From contig OZ037767.1 of assembly GCA_964035545.1 (NCBI GenBank), positions 1,251,680 to 1,315,679 of the forward strand: a stretch of 64,000 nt of DNA. The letters run 5' to 3'. The position numbers and the translations under genes are program-made. This DNA comes from Bugula neritina (taxonomy: Eukaryota > Animalia > Bryozoa). Below, in pieces: positions 1-11,977 of this stretch (its first letter is position 1; the number at the start of each line of letters is the position of its first letter). Below the pieces are notes generated by a model. The model saw nothing but the letters and a program-made list of their open reading frames with translations. It searched no databases and was not told the origin of the DNA.

Positions 1-199
1 ACCTTTTTACTTTTCAACAATCTATATAATAATATTTAATATTGATTTATATATACTTCTTATTGTCTAGTAACTAGTTAATGTGTTGCTATAGTTTAGT
101 CTTAGTAAATAACGTAAATTTTCAGCCTTCTATACTAAAATAGCAAATTGCATGCATACACATTCATAATAAGCAATGCAAAATCAACTCTATTTTTAG

Positions 200-346
200 G
201 AATATGTTGATGAATTGATTAAAAAAGGTCACAAAATGGAGTTCCACACGTCCAACATTCCCGCCAGTGAATCAGTTGGTGTTTACGAGGAAAGTATCTT
301 AGGAGTTAGTGATTTCAGACGCCAAGGGGCTGCAGACGGATTTTAA
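200..346 (+). CDS. Final exon of an upstream gamma-glutamyltranspeptidase paralog (copy A; rest of gene lies outside window)
   Basis: TTTTAG acceptor at 198-199, then EYVDELIKKGHKMEFHTSNIPASESVGVYEESILGVSDFRRQGAADGF*. Near-identical to the last exon of the GGT at 10438-10584; 3' flank 347-588 also aligns with 10585-10830. Confidence 0.9.
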   Translation, partial: EYVDELIKKGHKMEFHTSNIPASESVGVYEESILGVSDFRRQGAADGF

Positions 347-720
347 CTTCAAATAAACCTTGCATCATGCCACTAGAATATATTTTGCTTTAAAATAGAA
401 TATTTTATATGTAATATGTATTCACCTTTTGTGCCATTTTATTATACTGTAGCATATTATGCATGCATTATAATATTTCTTACTATTTTACTTCTATGAG
501 GTAAAAAGTAAAATTTATAATTATTTACAGCTAGAAGAGGTTTTTTAATAATCAAATGGGTTGTGGATACTAAGATTAGTAAAGGTTATGTAGCGGCCGC
601 TTATATGTTTTGGTGTTGATAGTACTTTATTGGAGTCGTAAGTCTCGACTGATGCCATAAGGCAACGTGAAAACTATAATAGTAATATGTGAAGCAACAT
701 GTTAGTAAAAATATACAAAG

Positions 721-1440
721 ATGTATAATAAGTCACCAAGTTATTGTCAAACAATTAAGATTTCATATTCTATTAAAATGCAGAATTTAAACATTTTTCT
801 GTTGAGTAGTCCACATTATCACAGAGCTAATGGAGCATCTGAGCGAGGGGTAAGGGCCATCAAAAGCATGCTTGCAAAAGAAAAAGATTCTTATTTGGCT
901 TTGTTAGCCTATAGATCATCACCGCAGTTCAGCTCATACTCTCCAGTAGATTTGTTAATGGGTAGAAAATTGAGATCCACTGTACCCATTTATCCGGATA
1001 AGCTTAAACCTGAACTCCCTAACCATGATTTATTCAAAAGGAGCAATGATCAGTATAAAGAGAAAAGGAAAGAATATCATGACAAAAATCCTAAAGTACG
1101 CCGTCTGTTGCCACTAAATAAAGGAGACAATGTGATGGTGAGAGATATGCAAAGAGAAGGCTATGCTGCCTCGTCTTCAGATAATATTACTCGTCGAACA
1201 AATGTCATGACTGACACTGGATCTTTAATACGTAACAGAGCTGATATAACTAATATCCCAACACGATGTTCTGATCGAACAAGAAAAGTGCCACGCTACT
1301 TAACAGATTTTAATTGCACATAATTTATTATCCACGCTTGTAGCATAAGTTGCACTCGATTTAATTTCTGTTGTCAAACCGTTTCTTTTGTGTCTTATTT
1401 TTTGTAGCCTGAAACTAAAGAGGGGATGCTGTAATATTTA
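721..1440 (+). mobile_element. Ty3/gypsy LTR-retrotransposon relic: C-terminal part of integrase plus polypurine tract
   Basis: ORF 721-1323 contains SSPHYHRANGASERGVRAIKSML..YLALLAYRSSP..YSPVDLLMGRKLRST, matching gypsy integrase motifs (P..NG.AER, Y..TP, SP..LL.GR). Purine run AAAGAGGGGA at 1417-1426 is followed by TG. No RT/RNaseH in window, so truncated. Confidence 0.85.
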
Positions 1441-1619
1441 CACAGTTTATGTAAACTTGGAGTTACCTTTTCTTGATGTTTTAGCTGATCAATTAATATT
1501 CTGTTTTTGAAAAATATAGTCACTTCCTGTTCGACAAATTGTAGTGCTTGATTAAAACAATTTGAAGATGAAAATTAATTCACTAATAATTGCTAGATAA
1601 ATAGACATCAAAAGAATGA

Positions 1620-1997
1620 AACAGTTGGGTTTGTATAAAATAAAGAAACATTCCCATAGGCATAAATTACACCTTTTGGTAATTGTGTTGTATGGTTTCG
1701 CTTTCCTTAATATTTTTTCCAACCCAAATGATGTTTAATGTTTTTGCTAGTTAGTTGCCAAATGTATTTGCTAAGTTCTGAATGATTTGCTATTTCCTTG
1801 TTTTTGAATGATGATTTGTGGTTTGCGTATCTTAGTTTGAACGGTCCTTCACTTAGGCCAATGTATGTGGCAGGTTCGTTTTCGGTGGTTTCCACAGTTG
1901 CTTGGTATATAACTCTGCTCTCCTGGCAGTTTCCTTTCAGTGGACAACTTTCTTTTTCTCTGCAGTTGCAGTTTTTTCTGGGGGTTTTGAACTTGTA
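1620..1997 (-). mobile_element. Penelope-like element relic (Cys-rich linker plus GIY-YIG endonuclease), frameshifted
   Basis: CNCREKESCPLKGNC..VIYQATV..TYIGLSEGPFKLRYANHKSSF..SELSKYIW. Removing one A at about 1715 continues the frame as WKILRKAKPYNTITKRCNLCLWECFFILYKP, a typical PLE endonuclease C-terminus. Confidence 0.85.
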
Positions 1998-2510
1998 GGA
2001 CCTATAAAATAATAAAAATATATCAAATTTACAGAATTTGTCTTTTAATTTCAAAATTACATACACTGATTACAAAGTTGACTACTATCCAGTTGAAATA
2101 CTTTTTAATTTAAATATTTTAATCAAGTATTTTAAAATTTTCTCTCTACGCTTCGTAAAGCATTTGGTAATAATAAATCTAAAAGTATTTTGCAAAAAGA
2201 AAATTTTCTTGACCAATTCTGAAGCTCTATAGAGCGACAAGGAATACAGTTGGTTCCACTTTGCTGAATTAGCGGTCTGTTTCATGTTCCTTGAGTTAAT
2301 ATCTGCTACATCTGTGTAAAACAATCCCTCACAATAGTAATAGTCAACTTTTTCCTTGTCGTATAGATTTTGCATGAAGCATCATCTTCTTTAGCCCTTT
2401 TCTAAGAGTGCTTGCCTAAGATTCCGTACTTAGGAGTTGTCTTCTTATAGTGCTGGATCAGTGATGTTCACTCAGACTGTTCTATCTACAGTTACATTAC
2501 GATTACATCA

Positions 2511-2757
<247 letters not shown>

Positions 2758-2759
2758 TA

Positions 2760-3320
2760 CAAAGTACAAATTGGGTTGGAGATCAAGAAATAAAATAAGT
2801 ACAAATAGTTCATGTTTATAAGCCACATGCCCAATTGTTGGCTCTGGGCAGTAAATTCCCTTATTGGTAGGTGAAATTCAGTCAACATGATATTCTAGAA
2901 TATTCATGCAAAGAACTCGTTTATAAAAACAGTAGTCAATACAGCCTCTTATTTACTATTTACTATTTAACGCTAGGCTTATAATGAATGAACAGCTGCA
3001 TGAGTGCATAGTGTTTGTCATGCAAATAAGCTTCATTCAAGCACTACGCTATGCACAACTACAAAAAGAAGCGGCTACCACAGCAACACTAGCGTGCTGA
3101 CATCTCAGGATGTACATACAGAGTTCTCACCAGGCTGGGCTGAAGCAGCTCTACATTATATCCAGAAGCACCCTAAAACTATTGTCCAACCGGTGGTGGA
3201 GGAACTGGAAGTCAACAAGATAACATGGCCTTCGAGGTAATCAAATGCAACAGCTCTTTCCATTGGTATATTAAATGCTAAAAGTCTTTTCATTGGTTCA
3301 TCTTTCTATTAGGGTTTTCG
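2760..3320 (+). pseudogene. Internally deleted remnant of the GALNT gene (upstream region joined to 3' end of coding exon 1 and start of intron 1)
   Basis: 2760-3062 aligns with about 11555-11904; about 3070-3236 aligns with 12670-12837 ([44 protein letters not shown], 43/44 aa identical), then donor GTAATC. Start codon, TM segment and later exons are absent. Confidence 0.85.
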
Positions 3321-3547
3321 AACTTCTTACTAATTAGACACCACATCACATTATAGCTTATTCTTATTCAATACAGTGCAACTACGATTTAATAATCTTT
3401 ACACACATTAAATTATTGTTGCCTTCTGTCTAACAACTGTTTAGTATAAACAATAAACATGATACAAGTTTTTAATACACTTTAGCAGCACATATTGCGG
3501 TAATTTATGCTATTTACTATTTTTAAGAGTTAAAAGCTATCAGATAT

Positions 3548-3700
3548 AACCTGGCTATCACCTGGTAGCACCTGGTAGTACCTGGTAGTACCTGGTAGCG
3601 TCTGCAGTCATCACCTGCCATCACCTGCAGCAATCACCTGGTAGCCCCTGCCATCACCTGGTAGCACCTGCCATCACCCGGTAGCTCCTGGTAGCATCTG
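3548..3700. repeat. Degenerate ~10-bp minisatellite (CCTGGTAGCA / CCATCACCTG)
   Basis: Directly visible. Confidence 0.8.
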
Positions 3701-4262
3701 TAAGTAAAGTAAAGCGCTGACAGATCATGGTATGTGTGACAACACAGTTTATGTCCTCCTTACAACGGACAATGGGGGTCAGGCCAGTGATAGATCACGC
3801 AAATTCCCCTTCAGAGAAAATAAAAATGCTTCATTTGAATCAGGTAATTCTTATTTTGTCAATCAATGGCTAAATCTGATGGTAACAGTTATGGGAAAAT
3901 GTTAGAGAAAATATTTCATTATTGTGACATACATACATCATCAGTGTTATTATAAAATATTTTAATCAAATGCGAGATTCTGTCTTGGTATAATGCTGTA
4001 TATATCTTAATATTGTTACATAATATATGTCTCATCATCATACAGGTACGATCTTTATGTGTGACTGATAATATACTGTATGTTACTATATGGATGTGCA
4101 GTTTTGGCAGACCAAACTGCAAACCAGTTTGATTGGTCCACTACTTTAAAGTCATCCTCACCGATTGGGTGAGTTTGAGTGGGCGTATTATCACCTACAA
4201 CATGCTGTTACAACATATATCAACTTGTACACTTTCAGTTACGGTTGCACACACTCTTCAAG

Positions 4263-7200
4263 ATGGCTAACGAGACCTGTGGGTTCTCCTCAAAGACAAG
4301 GGCAGCTCTATACCTCCTAGTCGTCCTAATTGTGGTGGCCATTATTCTTGCCTGCGCAGCAATCATTGTATCAACAGTAAATAGAGGCCCCAACAAACAA
4401 GGTAAGTGAATAAGACACTTGGACTGTTAACACAAACATTATTTGATTATTCTATGATCAATATAGATATACCTAACTAATCAACAAGAACAGGAAAACT
4501 AATCCATTGCGTGCAAAAAATAATTTTATTATATTCAGCAGCATTTTATATGGCAGTATCTGTTATAAACCAATAAATTCGAAACAAGTAAGTATATCTA
4601 CTGAATCCAGGCAAAGGTTTACTCATGGGACTTTATATAAAATACCACACGGATTTTCGTTACCGCAATAAGTTTGCATTTTTGCGCTTTTCTAAGAAAA
4701 AGCTAGATTTGCTCCAGGCTGCATTGGTTTTGTTTAGTATTAACTATCTTTAGAAAATCCAACTCGACTTTTCTATAAAAATTCTTTTAGCTAGAGAGTA
4801 CAGCCCTTCACAATCAGTGTAAAAATGTAACACTTATCAGTGAGTTGACTCAAGTGACATCAAGTGGTTAACTCTGATACAATTCTAACTTTACTAACTT
4901 TAAATAGTATAATTTGAACAATGTCACATAAAAATAGAAATAGATGCGTGTACCAGTGAGCTGGTAGGTACTCCAATGTCCTAGTTTGTGTCAGTTTCAA
5001 GTTGTAAGTATTATAAGTTATAAAAACGAAGTTGTTAAGCATCAGCATTGCGTTCCAATAGTACATTATTTGATCTATCAACAAAGATCAAAGTTTGGGA
5101 CTGCTAATGTAAGGGAATTTCAATAAAATTATGTAATACTTGTTCTTAACCTCTAAGCTCTAATCTACAAAAACTTTTCTTTTAGACTAATAGGTTCTTG
5201 TAAACATAATATCATATTTACCTACTTTAGAAATTAGCTGCAGAACTGCGGGATGGTATGGAAATAAATAACATCAGTTTGCAAATAAAGCGCTGTGTAA
5301 AAAATTCTTATGATAATAAAAAATCAGAAAAGCAGCCTTTAAAAAACAATAAAAAAAGATTATATACCCATTCAGTGTTGTGCAAAGTTTGGCAATAATT
5401 CAATATGGTGACAAAACTAGGATAGTTTATGAAGAGTGTAACTGCAACCCTACAGCTGTACATATATTCTATTTATTGCTGGCTTTCTTGGCTTGATGCG
5501 TCTTTGGTTTCTGTTACATAGATTATTGGAGGATGAGTTTATAGTAGGAACAGCTTTTTAGTTATAAGTATCTTTTATGCAATACCACTGATTTACAAGT
5601 AGCAATTACCAGTAGGAGGTGAAACAGAATTAGTAAACATAAACTGCAAAAATCACTCAAAAACTGTTTAAAAATTATTTTCCTATACAAATAAACTAGC
5701 AAATTTTGAAAATATATGTATTTCTAAATTTTATTGGAGGAATAACTAGCAGTAGATTTTAAATCAAATAGCATTTCAGCGGATAGAAAACACAAAGCAG
5801 CAATGTGACAATATAGTTGTACTTAGTTTGTTCAGTTCTCTATGATCTAATGCTAAGTTTATTGCTTCATGTGATTTGTCAGTTCGATCTATAAGATGTA
5901 CAGACATTGTGCAGTTGACATGTCAACACAATATGTATCCCACCCAGAAGTTGTTATTACCATGTACTGAGTGATGAATATAACAACATGTGGAAACAAT
6001 GAGCTGTTAAGAAAAACTGTTGATAGCCCAGTAACTGATCATTGTATTGTAATATGAGAAGCTGTCTGTACCCTAAGAGAGAGGAATCTTATTATCTGGG
6101 CCTTTAAACTTGTTGCTAAATTGTGTAATTTTTGTACTTGAATGCATAAAACAAAGTGTTTTAAATTAGCAATGTAATGTAATTACATGTTTTACTTTAC
6201 TTTATTATATTATTTATTATATTATTGTATTATTCTATTATATACTATCATATAGTGTGTTATTATATTTTATTACTGAATCAAACAACATTATTCCATT
6301 ATAAGTCTAAGTGACTGCTCCCACATCTAAACACTCTGCTATTTTTACTGCTGATATTCACAGAGGAGAGTGATATTTCTGGAGCAGACGTACAAACTGA
6401 TGAAGTTAAATGGCCGTCAGTTCCAGATGATTCTGAGAATGTATACAGATTTGCCAGCGTTGCTTGTGCTGAGAAGAACTGCTCAACTATCGGAGTGTAA
6501 ATAGAGTAAAGCCAAACTATTAGAATATCAAGTTGTAGCATATTATATACTGTTTGTTGATAAGATTTAAAAAGCTATCACGAGGGGTCATGACTGTAGC
6601 ATAGAGTGGAAGTTTATTATGTGTATTTGAGCTGTAGAGTAAGATTATGATAATTAAGGATAATATATACCATCTATTCAGTATCATCCACTTTAGACAC
6701 TGTATTACCATATTATTATATTACTGCATACTGCTGTATCATCATATTACTATATTACTGCATACTGCTGTATTACCATAATTATTACTATATTACTGCA
6801 TACTGCTGTATCATCATATTACTATATTACTGCATACTGCTGTATCATCATATTATTATATTACTGCATACTGCAGTATCATCATATTATTATATTACTG
6901 CATACTGCTGTATCATCATATTATTATATTACTATATTACTATATACTATATGTTACTACACACTATATAACTATATTACTACACTATAACACCATAGCT
7001 CTATGTATAACAATATGTTTACAGACAGATGTTAGCTGAAGGGGGTTCTGGGATAGATGCAATGATAGCAGTCTCATTGTGTCTCGGTGTGACCAGATCT
7101 CTGTCTAGTGGTGTAGGTGGAGGTGGTTTCACTATATACTATAACAGGTGAGTGTCACTATATACTATAACAGGTGAGTACCACTATATACTATAACAGG

Positions 7201-10200
7201 TGAGTGTCACTATATACTATAACAGGTGAGTACCACTATATACTATAACAGGTGAGTGTCACTATATGCTATAACAGGTACTTGTTATGTAACACTGACT
7301 TAAAAAAATGATACTTGAGTATAAGTTTATAATAATAGAGTATTACTTGGTTTAATAAACAAGCTAAAGATATACAGTTACTCAGTGTGACTGCAAAAGA
7401 CTGCTTGTAAACTGAGAAGTTAATTCAGAGAGACTTGATTGTAATATACCTATGGTAGCATTTAGCAATGTGATGTGTATTGAATGTTTAACTCAAATGT
7501 TTACCATGAACTTTCAACTATGATGACTGCAGCTGTAAACATTTTAAAACCCTGTAGTTGCAACATTCCTATTCAGGGAGACGATGAAGCCGTATGTTCT
7601 AGACTACAGGGATACTGCTCCAGCCGTAGCCAACAGTACCATGTACATAAATAACTCTCTGATTAGTCCAAATATAGGTAATAGATACTTATTCTTGGCA
7701 GAATAAGATGCTTAGCAATGGGGAGTGAGCTCTTACTCTTACCACTCGTAGGAATGAGGTAGTAGGAACTAAGTTTGTCAGAGAGCATCTATTTTGTTGA
7801 ATCATAAGGGCTCACTTGATTCTGCTCCGTTCTCAGGGGCTGGAAACTGTTCTATATGATGACATTCTGCTTTGTAGTTTAATAGTTTCTAGTATAATAG
7901 TGAACACAGAAAATAGCTCATCATATCATTCAATTCCACTCTTCAGTGTGGATTCAATGAAAACTTTGTTTTTAACTAGAGTTAGTTGCAGCTTTTTTCG
8001 ATCATTAAAACATAAATATTTTGCTCATAAACTAAACAGACAATCATGACAGTTAGTGAAAATTTGATGCGGAATATTATAGGGGGAGGTTCTATAGCCG
8101 TCCCTGGAGAAATAGCTGGTACCTGGGAGCTACACCAAAAGTTTGGTAAACTCAACTGGTCACGTCTGTTTGAACCATCAATAGAGTTGGCAGAAAATGG
8201 AATCACTCTGAATGCCTATGTGGCTGGTTACTTGCCAGGTCTCATTGATTCATTTGATGATCAACTTAAGTGAGTTAGATTTCTGACAATACACTGTTGC
8301 AGATAGAACATTTCAGTTGAATTACTTTAAACTCAACTATTCAAAATATTACAGAGCAATATTCACAGACTCGGAAACTGGAAAAATAAAAAAGGAAGGA
8401 GATACGGTAGTGTTTACCAAACTGGCTGAAACTTACAGGCGTATAGCAGCAGGAGGACCAGAAACTTTCTACAATGGAAGTCTGAGAGACGATATTGTGG
8501 CTGATTTAGAAGAGCTAGGTGATATAAAATACATAACTTGCTTAAAGTACCCATGCTCTAGAGTCTAGACTAAATAAACATAGCTGTCAATTGCACTTAG
8601 CTTCTGTCTAACCACATACTAGAAATTAGACTGTATCAACAAGCCGTGATGTTTGAAGGTGGAGGTTTGCTGCATGTGTTACATTGAGCCATGACTACTT
8701 TTTATCTTATCTTTTCTTACAGATGGGCAGACAATCTTCAAAGAAGACTTGGAAAATTACAAACCAGAAGTTAGAGAACCTTTACAGAGTTCACTAGAAA
8801 ATGGAGGTTATAAACTGATATCTGTACCACCACCATCTGGAGGAGTGGTAGTTCAGTATATACTCAACATATTAGATGGTGAGTTCTACACAGCAAGCTG
8901 ATATACATTTTACTAATTAAGTATCAGGACTATTATATTGGGTGATGCTTTTATAGGATACAAATTTACTTCTTCGTCTGTTTCACCAAAACTGGAAGAA
9001 ATTCCATCAACAGCTACGACCTACCATCAGATAATTGAGGCAGTAAAGTTTGCATACGCTTCCAGAATGAATCTTGGTGATGGATCATTTGTGGATGTGT
9101 CAGAGGTGAGTTATTAGTTGACACGTGCATGAAAGGTGAGTTATTAGTTGACATGTGACAGCTGGTGAGCTATTAGTTGACATGTGACAGCTGGTGAGCT
9201 ATTAGTTGACATGTGACAGGTGAGTTATTAGTTGACATGTGACAGGTGAGCTATTAGTTGACAGGTGAGTAATTAGTTGGCATGTGACAGGTGAGTTTGT
9301 ATATCAAGCAGGTTGCTGATGTGGAAACTTTAAATTTACTATTAATTTGCTGCAGTAGGTTTCTATGTTAAAATATACAAAGTTTGAATAAATTAGTACT
9401 TTCTATTTTAGTTGGTAGCAAATATGACAGACTCAGAGTTTAGTGAAGAAATCAGAAAGAAGATAACAGACAGTAGAACTCATAATGTTGAATATTACGG
9501 AGTGACAACTGATGCTAGGGAGACAACAGGAACCAGTCAAATATCTATACTGACAGGAAATGGAGATGCTGTATCTACTACTACAACTGTTAATTATGCG
9601 TATGTTTACTCGCACATCATCAATTACAATTATTTCTATTATATCTAATACATTAAAATAGCTGTAACTAAAATTTTAATTCGTCTTTCAACTTTACTCA
9701 CTAGTTTCAACACATTGAATATACCAATTTTTAGACTAAAACGAATGTATATATCATTTTAACAGGTGGGGTTCTAAAAGAATGGGGAAGAGAACTGGTA
9801 TAATATTCAACAACCTCATGGATGACTTCTCTATGCCAGGTAAACCGAGCTGGTCCAATGACTCATGGGTGGCTCCTTCCAACTCCGCCAACTGGATAGA
9901 ACCAGGAAAGAGACCTCTGTCATCCATGAGCCCGACTGTGGTAGTTGACCAAAATGGAGATGTTGTCATGGTAACAGGAGGGTCTGGAGGGTCAAAAATC
10001 ATTACTGCAGCTGCTTTGGTAATTCTCATAATTGTTTAATGTTGGCAGTTGAATTATTTTAATTACATTTAGCAAAAGATGTCTAGAACTTTAGAAATCA
10101 ATCGCTTTGACTACATTGAATAAATAATTCTCTTATATACACCTAAGATATTGCTTATTGTTTGATGACTTTAGACTCTGATAAACCGGCTATGGTTTGG

Positions 10201-10584
10201 TATGAACCTAACAGAAGCTGTATCTAGACCCAGACTACACAGTCAGTTACTACCAGATAATGTCTTGTATGAGAACAGATTCCCAATGGTATGGTACAAT
10301 CAAACTACTCTACAATCTCTATATATTATGTTATAAAATATTATACGGTAGAGTTAATCAACTTGTTGCTTTTCAGCAATCAATATAGTATTATCTAATA
10401 TTGATTTATGTGTGGCTATAGTTAAGTCTGCTTTTAGGAATATGTTGACGAGCTGAAAAGAAAAGGTCACAAGATGGAGTTTCACACCTCCAACATTCCA
10501 GTCAGTGACTCAGTTGGTGTTTACGAGGAGAGCATTTTAGGAGTTGGTGACTTCAGACGTCAAGGGGTTGCAGATGGATTTTAA
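4263..10584 (+). CDS. GGT: Gamma-glutamyltranspeptidase / glutathione hydrolase, copy B (12 exons, about 617 aa, type II membrane protein)
   Basis: Exons 4263-4401, 6364-6496, 7025-7147, 7577-7677, 8083-8269, 8355-8518, 8723-8878, 8957-9105, 9412-9599, 9766-10018, 10175-10288, 10438-10584; all GT..AG and phase-consistent (1854 nt). N-terminal TM helix; motifs SSGVGGGGF, DYRDTAP, IAVPGE, PPPSGG, G|TSQIS (nucleophile Thr), NNLMDDFS, PGKRPLSSMSP, GGSGGSKI, PRLHSQ. Confidence 0.95.
6700..6990. repeat. ~33-bp AT-rich minisatellite (..TATTACTGCATACTGCTGTATCATCATATT..) in GGT-B intron 2
   Basis: About 6 recognisable units, decaying toward the acceptor at 7024. Confidence 0.9.
7130..7280 (+). repeat. 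26-bp tandem repeat x6 copying the exon-3 end plus donor of GGT-B
   Basis: CACTATATACTATAACAG|GTGAGT(GT/AC) units start at 7130, 7156, 7182, 7208, 7234, 7260 (last unit ends AG|GTAC). Confidence 0.97.
9100..9297 (+). repeat. Mostly 26-30-bp tandem repeat of the exon-8 donor of GGT-B (8 GTGAG sites)
   Basis: Units GTGAG(T/C)TATTAGTTGACATGTGACAG; unit end resembles exon end GATGTGTCAGAG. Confidence 0.95.
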
Positions 10585-11977
10585 CTTCAAATAAACCTTA
10601 CATCATGCCAATATATAATATATTTTGCTTAAAAATAGAATATATATGTTATGTCATATGTATTCACCTTTTGTGCCATTTTATTATACTGTGGCATGTT
10701 ATGTATGTATTATAATATTTCTTATTATTTTACTTTTATGAGGTAAAAAGCAGAATTGATAATTATTTACAGCTGAAAAAGGTTTTTTAATAATCAAATG
10801 GGTTGTGGATACTAACATTATAGTAAAGGCTAGTAGGAGTTAAAATCAAAATTTGTTGTGTCCAGTAGCAATAAATATATTTAAGGCTAATAAAAGAGTA
10901 TATATATAAACTCGTTTCATATATAATACATTTTTGTAGTCTCACCATACCTATATATGATTTATAACTAACTACTTCAATATAGGGTGGGTATATATAC
11001 TCATGTATGCACTATGTAATATAGATAGGTTTTTTCTGCTGCATAATAAACTGTTATTAGAATCCTGTAACCTCTAAGATAAGTTGTTATTTTAGTACAT
11101 AAATATGTTACCCTAAAAATTTGTTTCTCTCAACTGCCTAAAATTATTCCAAAAAGCTTTTATGAGTGATAAAATAACTCACATGAAGTAAATCAGTAAA
11201 TTGTTAGATACACCTATTTATGCTGATCAGCTAATATAATATACGTAGTATGTAGGGTACAATACATGGATGTATTTCATAATTTACAATACAGACAACA
11301 GCAAAATAATCATTGTCACATTTCAGAGTATATCAGCATCTAATAGCATGCTTAACCATGGCAAGGGTTGACAGTAGCAGTAATTCACAGTGAAGTTATT
11401 GTCATATCTGCCAGTATAATGGCATAGGAGAGTATTTACTGGGTATAGATACAATACATGTGGCAACAGATACATGGTTTATATATTATTGTTTTAGTAT
11501 TAACTGGTGAAATATACTAAAACTATGTTAATATGAATATATAATATACCCAGCACAATACAAGTTGGTGTAGAAATTAGGAAATAAAGCAACTACTAAT
11601 ATTTCCTGCTTTTTATAGGTCATTGGCCAATCACTGGCTTTGGACAGTAAATTCATTCTGGTAAGTACTATGCAGTCAACATACTAGAATATTTCCATGA
11701 ATAATAGCTAATAGTTGTTCACAAAAACAGTTGCAAATACAGCCTCTTAAATGCACGTGTGGCTACTATTTAAATCAAGGCTTATATTGAAAGAATAGCT
11801 GGCATGCGTGTATACTATTTGTCATGCAAATAAGCTTCATTCATGCATGAAAAGGTTGTAAAGAAAAACCCAACTCGTCATATCCTATGATATGGCACAA
11901 CTACGAGTGGCTAGTAGCCTGGTGAGCGACTTGAATACAAGACTGGAGGAATGTGAGAGATAAAGGAAGGGAGGAAC

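Noticed and set aside
2085-2375. 96-aa minus-strand ORF
   Set aside because: No recognisable motif or splice partner; lies in transposon debris.
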